Source of the DNA: Epiperipatus broadwayi
Lineage: Eukaryota > Animalia > Onychophora
Direction: 5' to 3'
DNA: 64,000 nt
NCBI GenBank assembly: GCA_028023455.1
Contig: JAQFVV010000004.1
Location: 24,924,001-24,988,000, forward strand
Made by a program: the position numbers and the translations under genes. Of the stretch, positions 27,300 to 41,639 are shown in pieces (position 1 is the first letter of the stretch; each line of letters opens with the position of its first letter). Below the pieces are notes generated by a model. It did no database searches. It was not told where the DNA came from and worked only from the letters and a program-made list of their open reading frames with translations.

Positions 27300-30200
27300 T
27301 GTTGGGGAATATCACTGATTAATGTAGTGAGAGAGGAAATTGGAAATTTAGTGAATGTTGATATAAGAATACAATAGGTGTTGAATGTTGATATGCTAAA
27401 AAAATTATTTAGAATCTCTTCTTCTCTATGACATAAAGAGCAATAGGCGTTGCCGATGTTAGAAAGTTCTATTTATTTATTTTTTTAGCAAGGAAGCTAT
27501 TTATAGCTAATTTTAATGAGAAAATCCACATATTTTGGTTTCAAATATATATATATGCAAGTTTTTTTATTTATTTGTCTATTAGTAAAGATAAGGAGTG
27601 GATCATCTGACTTCTGCTTTATGTGCAATTTCATAAACCTACCTGTATTTGATTTTATTATGAAGGAGGAAAAACACAGAGGTTGTTTGATATGCTATAA
27701 AACTGAGTAAATTAAAGATTAATTTATCTTTATATGGAAGTGATATATCAGATGGTGTGATTTGTACAAAAATTTGGATATCAGTGTATGTAATGATATG
27801 TCTGTCGATTTCATTTATTGTCTTTTGAAAGTGAGAAATGCAATGAAGTGAGTGAGAAGCTGCTATTTTAGAATGTAGCATTTTTCTGCATAGATCTGAT
27901 ACTAATTGGTACAACTTTCTTTCTCCAGATTAAATTGTACATAGAGAATTTAATAAAAGAAGTAGTGTATTTGATAATTAACATATAAAAAATAGTTTTC
28001 AAAAATATAAGAAATGTTAATAGTGAATATTTTTGCATGCATAGAAAGGAATATTTTTGGTAATGAGTTAAGGATAGTTTCAATTGATAGTAGCAGATTG
28101 TTTTGCATTGCAGTCCTCATAGCATTGATGGCTAGATGGACCAAAAATCCAAGAAATTTTGAAGGTGATGCAATAAATGGAGAAATAATTTTATTTCTTA
28201 TTGATGTTCCAAGAAGATGATTTGTTTTTGTTGAAGATCAAAGAATAATCTTTAGTTTAATCTTCATGGACGGAACTCAGTTGAGGTATATGTTTTTTTT
28301 AAGGCAGGAGAATGACAAGCTCATTCATACAGCATAAATGGCTGATGTTCTGTTGTATAAATTTAATATAAATTTCTGGCAATTTCCAATTTCCATAAGT
28401 AGTGATTAATATAGAAAATGAAGTGCACTGATTGGAAAATCCTAATCTCGAGGTTTAGAGTTGTGAGGATAAACAACAGGTACTCATTTTTTCATTAAGG
28501 GTAATGAAAATTTCTCTGTTTATGAACAAATTGATAATAATGTATAACAATGAGATAGGAATATTAATCATTTGAAAACCATGTAGCAATTTATTTATTG
28601 GAACTGAATCAAAAGCTGAAAAGATATTTAAGTGGATTACAACAGGCTATTTCTTTTCGAAACTCTCACTTGATTTATGATGAGTTTGAAAAGCATTACT
28701 GCCAGAGTAGAAGACTCTTTCATTGCAAATTGATATTGTAATATTTATTTTAAGGAGAATAGTCTGCTTTTTATCCTTTATGAGTAATTCTATTATTTTG
28801 ATAAGTATTGGTGTCATTGAAATGGGCTGTTAATTGTCAAGAGGGCGAGTTGGCAATGTTTTTTTTTTTAATAAAAAATACTACAAAGACAGGATGCAAT
28901 TGTATCAATTTTATAAATTTCCATGGATTGTTATGTAAATTATAGATTATGGAAATAGTAAAGTAATTAAGATGGATAAGTATAAATTTTGGAATTCCAT
29001 GGGGTCAGGATGTTTGGAGTTTAAGACAATTTTATTTTTTGATATCAAGTGATTATTATCACTCTGACCAAAGAGGAAAGAAGTAAAAATATGACTTTAT
29101 TGGCTTATAACTTGTAGAAAAAATATGTGGCAAATGAAGATGTATCACGGAGGGTATTTTTTAATTTTTCATTAAGAGTGTCTCATTTTTTGATTAAAGC
29201 AGTTAGTAACTTATTGCTTTGGGTATAAAATTTTATGGAGCAGGTAATAATATTTTAAAAAGAAAAATCAAGCCTCTATTTAATCTAATGTAATATGATT
29301 ATTTTTAAAAATAAATAAATGTATGTCTGTGATATGACAGCTTGTGGTATGAAGGATTTGAGCAGTAATCTGGTTGTGTTATTTAGAAATTAGAAAGTTT
29401 GGTTTTGTATGGTTTAAACTAACATTAAGCACAAGACAATCTAAAAAAATAACAGGAATAAGAAAGGGATTAATAATGAAATGTAGATCAGGTTACTAGA
29501 ATAATAAATCAATTAGGGAGGAGTGTTTTTAGTATAAAAGGAAGTGGAATTTTCAGGAAGAAACCTTCAGCACTCATTAATTTTTTGTTTAAAACATCTA
29601 AGTATTTGAAAACAAATCAAAATAGATATTGAAATTTCCAGTTAATGTGGTTGCATAGGGATTAGTAGATACTATAAGATTAATTTGCTTTTTTAACTCA
29701 CATATAAATGTCACTTTGTTATAGAAGGGTACTGCATTAATTGTAAATGCATGTGGATAAATTGTGATAATGCTCATTTTTATCAAAGTATAAGATTTTA
29801 AAATACTGGAAGGGAGCTTTGTGGTATATTGGTATGCAGCAGAAGTGATGGATTGTTACAGTTTAAGAAACCCATATTCTTTGAATTATCATTGGAGATC
29901 AAGTATAGTTATGGTCTATCTTTTATTTCTGCAAATAATATGATGTAAAAATGAAATTCATTTATTTAATTATTAATAGCAAATAAGTAGTGTGGAGAGT
30001 TTATTTCTTTTACATTAATTTTAGTAATGTTAATTAGCATGTAAGGCATTATCTGGCTTAGTGTCAGATGTATAACCAAGTTGACTAGAGAATAGATTTC
30101 TATGAGAAGTTTTAAATAAAATGGCAATATAAATGTAGTTTAATCTAAATTGGGAAAAGATAAAAGCTAATAATAAAACTAAAAAAATGCTGTAACTTAT

Positions 30201-31150
30201 TTGTATTTAAATTGATGAGTTTTGAATTGGTCTTTCTTACTTGCATTTCTGATATACTAGTAAAGTTTCTTATAGTCTTATTATGTTCGAATGAAAGCAA
30301 AGTTTTCTGATGTCAAGTTTTCCTTTTGTAAGTTGGATTCATTCAAGTTAGGAACTACTTCCCTTATTGTAATGGTGAGTTTGTTATTGAGTTTGTTTTT
30401 GATTTTCTGGCACACTTATAAGAGTTAGTGTTCTTGTATTAAATGAACAGGATTATCCTGAGAAAGTGTAGTCCAATATTTGGTTTTCTCATTGATAAAA
30501 TTAGTTTTTCCTGTAGATATGCCATTAAGATTACTATTTTGTTATTGGTAGTGATTCAATTTCTATAATATTTTTGAATATTTTTTCTAAGGTTCCATGC
30601 TACTATTCACTTTTGGCCATTTGTCTCTCTTTATTTTCTCTTGTATTCTTTTTTTTGTTTTAATAATATGATATTCCATTTCATCATTTTTGGATAAGAA
30701 GTTATCAGATCTATGAGAATCTTCATTTATTGAATTATCACTATCATATTTAGTTATGCCATTATGAAAAATTGATCCAGAAATGACATCAGATAAAATT
30801 GTATTTTCCTCTCTAGATAATGGAAAATTTGTTACATAAAGAGACCACTGTTTTCTCAATGTATGCATTATCAATTTTCTTTGTAGGTAATGGTATTACA
30901 GAAGTAGTCATCTGATTGTCCATTGAACTTTCATTTCTTTAAAGTAAAAGTTGTGCCTTCACATATTGATGACCTTTATGATTTTTAAAATTACAAAGCT
31001 TAGAAAAACAGTTTGGATGTTCTTTGATTAAATGGGGTTTACCTTTACAGATGAAGCATTGTGATAGCACATCTTTAAAAGTGGTGATGCATGGAGATGA
31101 ATTTGCAGCATGAAGGTTTGCTATAATTGTCTGAGTGTTTTTATTTAAAA
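27300..31150 (-). mobile_element. Degenerate near-full-length I-clade LINE (ORF1, APE, RT, RNase H)
   Basis: Minus-strand order: ORF1 Cys-knuckle relic (QCFICKG, about 31050), APE (IYPHAF..LTGNFNI, 29598-29786), PHGIP (about 29000), FSAFDSVP (about 28600), AIYA (about 28330), RNase H-like WIFSLKLAINSFL..FLTSATPIAL (about 27440-27530). Confidence 0.7.
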
Positions 31151-31479
31151 TGAAGTTAAATATTGCTGCATTTGTGAGGACAGAAATGATTTTTAGTTGA
31201 TAAGTGGAATGATTTGAACAAACAATTATGAGAAATTTCTTAATTATTTATTTACAGGAAAACAAAAATAAAACTAGAATTAATCTATATTTGAGTCTAC
31301 ATAGACAATGATTTGCACAATATTACTTACTCAAATTTTTTAAAAAAAATTGAAAAAATTTACATCATGTTGTATCAAAAATAAATCCAATTGGATTAAG
31401 CAAAAATAATCCAGAAGAAGAAATTAAACTTTCTATTGTTTAATTATCAAAAATTTCTCACTTATCAATGCATTCATAC

Positions 31480-32430
31480 AATAATAATAATAATAACCTT
31501 CCTATAAGTAGTCTCCTTTTTTTAATATTTAACTTACTCAATAATAAAGACATGTATATTTTCTACTTATACCTAAAATAAACTTAAAATTTTTTTACAT
31601 TAATTATTTATCATAATTAGTCCTGATAATTAGCAAAGTTCAAATATAAAGACTTATATATTTACAATGTATTATTCACATTTAAGTCAACTAACAATTC
31701 TATAGAGGTAAGGTAAAATTCCTCAATACCTTGATAAAAACACTAAAAAATCCAGATAAAGCCATGCTAAAATCTTACACATGCATTATTAAACATACTT
31801 CAAACTACAAACAAAATCTATTTTCAAGTAATAAAGTAAGGCAAAGCAAAAATATGATAGCATGGCTCATAAGAATGCACTTACTTTTGAGGGCTAATAC
31901 AGTATCTAGAACTTTTTTACTAATAAGGAAAATCATGAGAATGTGTATCAGGGAGGAAAATATTAAATATGAATTACCTTAAAATAGAAAGAGTCTAAGC
32001 TATAATTTCCAAAATATATGATATGAGCATACAACTGCTAGCAAGATGATGACTATTAGGAGAGAGACTGTTTCATGTCTTCTAAATATATACCAACAAA
32101 ACAATAAGGGAGAGCCTAATGGTACCATCTTTTGTAAAAATAAGCTAGCAAAATAATGAGAGAGAACAATGCATTTATCTCAAAATATGCTTGCATAAAT
32201 AAATATTTCTAATAGAGAGAGAATACATCTACTTCTAACAAAATACACCTAGCAAATATGAAATATGATAAATAACTAATTATTTCCAAATATGACTAGT
32301 AACATTCTGCAATAAATAAGCATAAAATAACAGAAACATACATCTACTTATTCAGCTTACAGAATAACAATATACCTTCATAAATAAATAATCATATGTA
32401 AAAGGAAGACTATTTTATATATGCAGATAT
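31480..32430 (+). repeat. Interspersed repeat, probably LINE-derived; paralog of 41640-43150 in opposite orientation
   Basis: Long colinear similarity, e.g. aattcctcaatac...ccagataaag(c/t)catg(c/t)taaaat and cttacttttgag(g/a)gctaata. ORF 31731-31982 resembles a LINE RT C-terminal region. Confidence 0.75.
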
Positions 32431-33161
32431 AAAATATTATTTGAAGAATTATAATTTATAAAACTTTTAAATATAGTTTATACAATATGAAAATAAAGGA
32501 CATAAATAAAACAATATGCAAAATCATAATATAAATAAATTCAACTTTTTACCATGAAATAAAAAAATTAAAAAACAATTCTTTTTGAATCATTTTCCAT
32601 TAAACTGAAATATGAGAAATGTTAGCAATCACATCTTGTGGATAACAAACATATCCATCATAAGACAATATAAGTCATATTAAAAACTAGAAGATAATTA
32701 TGAAATATAGAATGTTTCTTTTGGATATCCTTAGTTAAGTATCAAATAATCATGCCAGCAAATATATGATAAATCTATGGCCATTCAAACAAGAATCCAT
32801 GAATATAAATTACAATATGTGTTTATTAAGTAAAAACAAATAATTCACAGATATTTGAATTCAGGTTTGCAACCTAATCCATTATAGAAATTATTTTAAA
32901 TTTGTAATAGTAATGTCACTATATCATACTTCTGATAAGTAATGTTTATCCAATATCAAATATTTGAAAAATATGTAATTCAAGCATTATATCTAAGAAC
33001 ACAGCTGTCTCCATAGCAATGCTTGGGGAGATAAGAGAAGAGCTCACAGGTCTTAAAATTATTGCAGATAAAGTTAATTTAAAGTCAATTTAAATAAATT
33101 ATTTTCAAGTGAATATATTTCCTTTTTATAAAGTGAATAACTTGAATTCCTTAGAACATTT

Positions 33162-33315
33162 GTTAAACAGTTTTTTGCACATGCACTTTGCAGATTTTTA
33201 ACTATAAATGACTGAATACTAACACTTCAAACACATGTGTTTGAAGTGTTGGTATTCAGTCATTTATAGTTAAAAATCTGCAAAGCACATGTGCAACAGC
33301 TTAATACTGTTTAAC
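33162..33315. repeat. Near-perfect palindrome; core 33186-33285 has 50-bp arms, no spacer and one mismatch
   Basis: Checked base by base around the centre acacatgtgt (33231-33240). Outer gttaaacagt / actgtttaac also pair. Confidence 0.95.
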
Positions 33316-34949
33316 TATTACAGTTTATAAAACACTGCGCTATATAAAATAATTGATTTAAACAGTTTGTTGTAAGTTGATTATTTTATTACTTCAAATT
33401 GCAGAAGTGATTTCTTTCCTTCAAATAAAAAAAATAAAACTCAAATTAATTCTTTCATGATGTTTCAAGTTAGCAATATAATGTCTTATTAGAATAAAAG
33501 CACAATAAGTTGTTCACTGAAGTAAAGTTTTATTATAAAATTAAATATTTTTTGTAGATTTTAAAATTAATTTTAAATGTTTGATGAAATATATATTCAT
33601 TATGACAAAATATATCTTTATTCTGAATTAAAAGTTCTTTAATAGAGGTAAATAAGTTTTAGATGATATTTGATATGAAATGAGTATTTAAATAAAAATA
33701 TTCAAGAAATTATTAATATTTGTAAGGTCATTATTGCTGCTATTAATTTTAAATATATTATGGTAAATTTAAATTTAAAGCAGACATTCAAATATGTCCT
33801 GAAATCACCAATAGCTCTTGAATCATTATAGTGATAATAATAGTAAGAAATATTGAAGTTTATCATTGCAAAAATTTTGAAATGCAATATTTTAAACATT
33901 ATAATAAGTTAATAGTATTACCAATAAAACTGACAGGTGTGAAAATTTTAGTTCTGTGGAGTTCAAATTTAGACAAGTGTGTCCAGATATGATTAGCCTA
34001 GCATACTCAAGCTAGGGAAAAACAGGTTTAAATAAAATTACATTTTTAAAATTTAAAATATGACTGCTACAAATAAAAATAAAATTAAAAACTGATTAAG
34101 GATAAGTAAGAGCAGTGGACAATCTCACCTATTTATACTATTAACTATATGATCATTCTACAAGACTTTATTAATCTTTTAACTTTTGGATCCTTCCTTT
34201 ATTAGTTCAAATCCTGATCTATTGTAACCAGGAAAGATTGTTAAATAAAAATTTACCTAAATAACATTCAAATATTAAATAAATCTTTTTTTTAATCTTG
34301 TCTAGATAATTAGATTAATTACAAATACTTAAATAATTAAAAATTACAAACCAGGATAAAAGAAAAAAATATTACATAATGAAATTTGCATTATTAAAAT
34401 GAAATAAATATTACAAATAATATTTAATATTTATTTATTACTGTTTTAAAATAAATAATATTAAGTAAATGCAATATTCATTATTTATTCATCTATTGCT
34501 TTTAAAAATCCTAAATTTAATTACTAATTTTATTAAACTTTTTTTAATTAAATCAATCTAAAAATATTTAACTAGAATACTATATATTAAAATTACAATG
34601 AATTGAAATATTATAGCTTTAATTTCAAATACCAGCAAACCAAAATATACAGTTTGAACCTGATTTCTCAACTTTAAATTTAATACAATATTTTCAAAGC
34701 TTTCTAAATAATTAACCTTTTAACCGCTAATTATATTATTGGTTGTATGAGGTAAAAATCAAATCTTTTAATTGGCCAACTCACAAACTGAAGACAAAGC
34801 CTATTGTTAGAACATATTCGCCTATAATATTAAATTCAACATAAAAGCTATAATAATTTTGTTTTTTTAGTATATTTTTTAAAAAACTAGTTTAATTTCT
34901 GAAATTATATTTTTTAATACTTAAAATTGCATTCAAAATGAAAATCTCA

Positions 34950-35190
34950 GCGTTTTTCTTTATTTTCTTTGATCAGGCGGTTTCTTTGTTCTTTCGAGCC
35001 AATCAGAATGTCTTTTTCAGCTGAGAGCTCACTAACAACCAATTACAACCGATGTTCTTTCTTTGTTTAGGTTTAAATGCGTTTTTTTATTTTTTACTAT
35101 TCAAAACCTATCAAACGAATTTTTTAGCATAAGAACTGGCAGAGTTAGAGTGACATCAGATGTCTACGAGGAGCCTTGTAGGAGGTGGGA
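34950..35190 (+). promoter_or_regulatory. Promoter-like CpG-richer patch with two CCAAT boxes and a possible first coding exon (MSTRSLVG, 35160-35184)
   Basis: CCAAT at 34999-35003 and 35039-35043; TGACATCA at 35151-35158; several CpGs in a CpG-poor window; ATG at 35160 followed by donor gtggga. Confidence 0.45.
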
Positions 35191-35825
35191 AAAGGGTTAA
35201 ATCACAACTAAATTAGCATTATTAACTTAAAATACATGATTTATCATCTACATTCCCAGCTATTTAAAAATGTAAAGATAATAGCATGTTAACATTTGTT
35301 TAAGCTTAAAACTATTACAATTTAAGCTGTGTAAAAATTATTTTACATCTGTACACTCTATAAAATACTGCTAAAGTAACATTAATATGCAAAAATTTAA
35401 AGCATAATAAAGTATTAGCAACAATTTATTCATAACAAAAACAAATATAATTTTTTTTAGATATCTTGGGCACAAAATTTGACTTAATAAATTTGCTTTT
35501 ACCAAAGCTAAAGGTTATAATATATACATATAATATATACAATTATTGTTGTTATATATAGATATTTTATTGTGTATTATATCATTATGATTTAAATACA
35601 TGAAAATGCAGCATAATGAATGAAACTTCCTTCCATTTTTGATGATATATGTATAATTTTACCCATAACTTTTCTGATAAAAGACAATTTTACTTTGTGA
35701 AGAATAATTTTAAAAATAATTTATTGAGTAAAACTTAATCCAGTATAAATTATTATTAAAACTATAAGTATTAATATTTATACTTTAAATTAAACATAGT
35801 TCAATGTATATGTAAAGAAAAGGAG

Positions 35826-36355
35826 TAAATCGCCTTCACCCAGGTTATGAATTAAAATCACTCCAAATGTTGAGCAAAGGGTCTAGAATAAAATGAATCC
35901 ACCTATTCTTGGGAGCTCTGATGTTAACAAAAGTATGCTTATAAATATCAGAGTACCAAAAATAGATGGATTCATTCTATTAAATATTTGCTCAAAATTT
36001 ACAGTGTTATTAACTCATAGTCTGGAGAAGGGTGATGTATTCCATTTGTTTAAATATACATTGAGCTATGTTTAATTTAAAGTTTACATATTAACTCTTG
36101 TTTAATTATTATAATCAAGGTGTCAAAAGTGAGATGTTGTTTCCAGCCTTGTATAATCAATTATGAGTTTAATAACTTTTAAGTATTATATTCCATGTGT
36201 TGATAAATTAATTTTACTCTGAATTACTAATAATGTTAACAAAGGTATGCTTATAAACATCAGAGCTACCAAAAAAAGGTGAAATAATTTTATTCTTGTT
36301 CCTTTGCTCAATATTTAGATTACATTTATTTCATAGCCTGGGGAAGGGTGAATTA
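35826..36355. repeat. Direct plus inverted sub-repeats (35826-35881 inverted relative to 35921-36035 and 36233-36355); probable DNA-transposon relic
   Basis: Motif tttgctcaa...catag(c/t)ctgg(g/a)gaagggtga occurs twice forward and once as reverse complement. Confidence 0.6.
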
Positions 36356-39249
36356 TTAATATTGTATTTGGCCTGAAAGTATCAATTCATTCTAAAATGA
36401 TTGAACTTATGTTTTCCATGATTTTTTTTTTTTAAAAAAAGCTTTTATGAAAAATCTTATAAATAAAAACCAATAAAATTTACAGCTATTTTGAAAACTG
36501 CCATTTTACTAAAAAGATTATAGATGAAATATCATACATCTGCTATTTCCCATTACTTTTATTGAAGAACTAATTCACTTCATATAGATTTTTAACTGTG
36601 GATAAAATCAGATTACTCTCAAGATATTAAAGTATTTATAAAAATCATTTGTATTAATTAAAAATCAAATCAAACTGCAACATTTGTAGTTATAGTTGAA
36701 TTATTTCCATTATCTAGAATTAATTTATCTAGAAAAACATTTAAACTTTTCAAATACATTTAATTATTAAAAATAGATAGTACATAGATTAGTAAATAAT
36801 ACATTATTTTGAGTTGTGCTATTTTCCCCTCTTCTTCAAATATTGAAAGTTAAATCAGTAATACTATTAACATGGAAATCAAACTGAGACTTTTAGATTT
36901 ATGAAATTGGTAGATCATCCTAAATTCAATATTCATGGACCTAAAAGTTTGATGGCTGGTTTCCAAGATAATATTGCCAATAGTCAAAATAGCATACCTG
37001 AAGAAAACTATTACTATTTGAAAATTGTGTTATACTTGTAGGTTATTACTAACAATTACATATATTTGAAAAGTTTAAATAAAGTTTTATTTTTTCTAAA
37101 GACATTTAACAATTAATTAATTGTAGATTATGGAAACAAGCTAACATAGAAATATGTCATCATCACAAACTTTCGGGCAAACAGTGATTGAGTGCTAGAT
37201 TATTAAAATAAATATTCTAGGATAGATTTTCAGCTTTAAAAAAAGAGACAGAAAACATAACTGTTCAACTGAATGTAATTATTATGCATTTAAATATCAC
37301 ATGACCTCTTATTATAAAAAACTAACCACATAGTCATTAATATTAAAGCAACCAATGGTTTTATTTATTTTACTAAAAGAAAAAGTTATTTTCCAAGTAT
37401 ATTATTTGTTCAAGTATATTATACTTTAAAAATGGCTATGTTTTTAAAACTTTTAAAATTGTTGTCTATTAAATAGATAACCAATTGAAGAAAATTCAAC
37501 ATATATTTCAAAACTTAAAACATAACAAGATAAACAATAAAAGTTATTACTGTAAGGTCTTTGCTTTATTTTTTACATTTTTAAAACTATAAATAAAACA
37601 TTTGTTTATATTAAGAAGTAACTATACTCAAATAATAAATTTTATTCTGTTCATCAATCTATAGTAACCATGAATGCTATCAACAGGGATAGAGGCTAAC
37701 ATCTTTGGAGATATTTTGTAAAAAAGATGCTATATTTAGTATGATTTATATTTACATGTGGTATATAATAATTAATAGTATCCATTATATATATATATTG
37801 ATTATTCATCACTACAACAATAATGCTTATATGACAATTCTACTCTCTAGTTGAAGTATCATATTCCTATTAAGCTTTAGAAACATAATTGTAATAAATG
37901 TAACTCGAAAAAATTGAACAATTTAATTGATTCATCAATATAAATATTAATTATTGCATACAATTTATAGTTTTGACAAGTAGTAATACACTTAATTAAC
38001 ATAATTATAAAAATATTTCAGAGTGCAGTAAAATAAATTTACAAATAAAATAATATTATAGTCATGCCAAATCTTTTTGAAAATTATTTGGTCTTTATTA
38101 GATAATCTACTTAATATTAATATGTTGAGTATCAAAATGACAAGAACTAAGTACACACATCATCCAAGTTCTGCAAAAAGTCCATCATCTTCTAATGTAA
38201 TTATCAGTCAGATTTTTTACGTTTAGTTTCATATAAACAGCATTCTACATATTGCTTTTAAAATAAAAAAAACCTTTTTTTTTCATTAAAATAAGAAAAC
38301 TTTTTTGTTGTCTCAATTGAACGAACTGCCACAATGGTTGTTAGAGAAAATTATAAATGAACTTTGCAATAAATTTTAAAAAAAGAAATAAGTATTAGTA
38401 GTTAGATATATAAGTTATCACTAATGCTATTCAGATGTATTTTTGATATGTGATTGCAATAACCTTTATTAATAAACTACAAAAAGTACTTCTGATATAA
38501 CTTGCTTTTTAAAGATCGCCACATAAATATGTATTAAAATATTATCTATATAATAGGTTTTTCAATTTGCTCCTAAGAATCCATTAATTGCCATGTAATA
38601 AAAATTTGATTGATTTTTCATCCTTTAAAATCAGATAGGTTCTCATCTATCAATCAGTATTAGATTATTATTTTTAAAAAATAAGCTTTATTTGTCTGGC
38701 TTCAAACACGAGATTGTGAATATATTAGGTGCACTAACTGTGATGTTTTTATAAAAATTAAATATATATATTCAAAATATGAAAAGTAATATATATATAT
38801 ATTGTAAAATAAAATAAAAAGGTATAATTCAAACTGGAAATTGATTTAAAAAATATTACTAAAATATATATAAAAATGTTATATTTAAAAAAAAAACTAA
38901 ATTTGGACATATCATTTCCATGTATATAAAAAACATTTTTATAACAAATTATTTTGCCAATATTTGCTTTAAAAACACCTGCTTGAAGCTTTGGTGTTTT
39001 TGTCTTTTTTGTAATAACAACAGTTCTATGGTTTGTTTCATGCTGGGAAATAAATTTGCATTAGAAAGCAAATTGCTAGATATCCTTTCAAACACTTTTT
39101 TTTTTACAACTTCAAATATTTCTAATTTTCTAAAAATCAATAGATTTTAAGGATTCGAAATGTAACAAAGATATCAAATGTTTGCTTTTGAAGTAAGTTT
39201 ATATCTATCAACTATAAGTATATACAGTACTATATAGTTTTTTTTTAAG

Positions 39250-39304
39250 TGTCATAGCATCGGCCAGGACGCGAACTCGCAACCCGGGCAACTGCCTGCT
39301 AGTG
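39250..39304 (-). mobile_element. tRNA-derived SINE / tRNA pseudogene fragment
   Basis: GC-rich island with minus-strand B-box GAGTTCGCGTCC. No complete cloverleaf. Confidence 0.5.
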
Positions 39305-39415
39305 CAATATTTAGATAAAATAAATGTCAACAGTATGTAACTATTTTTGTGTTCACATTAAAATTCCTTATTTATTAACAATTAAAAACTTTGATTTATA
39401 TATATACATCTTTAC

Positions 39416-39480
39416 ACTGCTTAGCAAGGACAATTGGTTGCCAAAAAGCAAGGCCTTAAGTGAAAAAATTTGACTCATTC
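39416..39480 (-). CDS. Candidate internal exon (MSQIFSLKALLFGNQLSLLSS)
   Basis: Strong acceptor tttttatctgcag, donor gtaaag, a single open frame (phase 1 to 0). Not linked to neighbouring exons. Confidence 0.3.
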
Positions 39481-39699
39481 CTGCAGATAAAAATTATACC
39501 ACAAATTATGAATATTGTATTAACAAATAACAATATAGATAGTATTATTTAAAAAAAAATCTAATGTACAATATATGCATGTGTAAACTGTGCTATGTGC
39601 ATATAATATATTGTATGTAAGATAAGGCAACTTAAATCTATGTAAAAAAAAAATACACTTAGTTTAAAGTTGTTCTTTCATATAATCCATTCATTCAAC

Positions 39700-40284
39700 A
39701 ATCAACATACAATTTTCTTAGTTACTAATTGCTCATTGTAAAGGTTTGCGATTCCGTTTTAAATTCTTTGGTGATTTTGGGTTTTTGGAAAAGGTACACC
39801 AATTATTGATGACTACAGATCTTTAGTGAAAAAGTTTAGAATGAATGGTTCTTATTTCTTTGATTCTATTTTCTTGCAATATATTTTAAGCGGGAGTCAA
39901 ATTCTTCAAAAATTCTGTTAATGATCTTGAAAAATCAGTTCTTTCAGTTTTTTTGTTGTCCAGGTTCTTTTTTATAGGCTTGTTGATTTTCTTTTCTTCA
40001 GTTGCATCAATTGCTCATTAATTCTTCTATGCATGATTATACAAACTCTTCAATGTTGTTGTCATCAATATTTTACTAACATTTATCCAAAGCATTGATA
40101 AAATATTGTCTTAATTATTGAAGTTAGTATATCTTGAAGTTTGCAATGATTCTTTGATTCATAGGTTGAAGAAATGATATAGTGTTTAATGGTATTAGTT
40201 TCTGCTATAATTCTAGTTGAAAACATAATTATCAGTAAACTTTTAAAAAAAAGATATTGCTATTAAAAATGCGAGGTTTCACTG
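39700..40284 (-). mobile_element. Tigger/pogo-family transposon relic
   Basis: LNTISFLQPMNQRIIANFKIY (cf. PPNTTSxxQPMDQGxIxxFK). TIR-like CAGTGAAACCTCG on the minus strand at about 40271-40283. Confidence 0.7.
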
Positions 40285-41639
40285 TGAAAACATACAGAAA
40301 CGGAATCAAAAAAAGGATAATTGTGTTTTTTCCCAAAATTGCTAATCATTGCCACTGAATAAAACTCATATTGAAGTTTCATTTTTTTAAAATTCAGTCT
40401 TATATTATTTATATAAAATTACTTAGAATTAACAAATAAATATTTAATAATATGTCACTTAACTGTAAATGTGATAATAAAGACTCATTATTTATCAACA
40501 GTGTTAGAGTAAAATTCTGAATATTAAAAAATGTATCTGATGCATTCTGTGTTTGCTTATTGTAATCAATATTTAAACTTTTTTACGGTCTATACAATGC
40601 AAATTTAAACAGTGCTTTATATGCAAATATACTAGATGTGAAATTTTTTTATGGTATGAGATGTCACATTTTATAACACACTGTAACCATTTCTTGAAAT
40701 GATCTATTCATTTTTTAAAATAATACAATACATTCTAATAAAAATTAAATATGTAAAATTTCATTTTATTGGCATTGCATTTTCATCATACAAAATTTAT
40801 TACTAAATGCATAATGCATAAAATTATCTTATTTTCCCTTTTCTTTTTTTTTTTATTGAACATATATTTACAATAATAGCAGTTTTGATCTGGCTAAAAT
40901 TAGCATTCATAAAAATTTTAATTTAAAATTGCTCAACTGAATATTTTATCTAATATGTATACAGTACATAATTTAAAATTAATAATAATATATGACCAAA
41001 ATTTATTTTTAGTTTTATGCTTCATGAAATTTGTATTTCTTTTTCAGCAGTATATCTTTTTACATTTGTGATAATGTCTCATTTGGCTTGATATAACTGA
41101 AATAAATTATGATTCAAAATTAAGTAAATACTGTACTTATATGTAGTAATTTGATCATATAAAGTTTATTATTAATTGGATAATGTATGAAATTATTTTT
41201 CTTCTCAAAATACCTTCAAATGTGGTAACTAAACTTTACAATTATGGTAATTATATTTTTTTGCAAGTGAAATATCATTAATAAAAATTTTAATCTATAA
41301 AAGTAATTTAAACATACAGTTTTTAAGCTAATATGCATATTTTAAATTATAATATTAATGTATTTGACTGTTGTATATTATCAGAATAGAACTATTGATT
41401 ACTTATTATACTGAATGAAGCACTTTTTTATTTCTATAATCATTAAACTTTACTTTAGATATGTCAGTAATGAATGCTTTGAGTTTTGCAATGACAGTAA
41501 ATGAGAATTAAATAAAACATGGTAAATTTATCTGTATTATGATTTCTCATACTATGTTTATTTATGGGCATATTATTTTTATGTTATATGCTATATTTTG
41601 CAATTTTATAAGTTAAAGTTCTCAGAATAGTACTTTACC

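Noticed and set aside
33007-33020. X-box-like GTCTCCATAGCAAT
   Set aside because: Imperfect (last base), about 2 kb from the nearest promoter-like patch, and could be chance.
38949-39140. 63-aa minus ORF as a host exon
   Set aside because: Phases do not fit neighbouring candidates; could equally be a hAT C-terminal relic.
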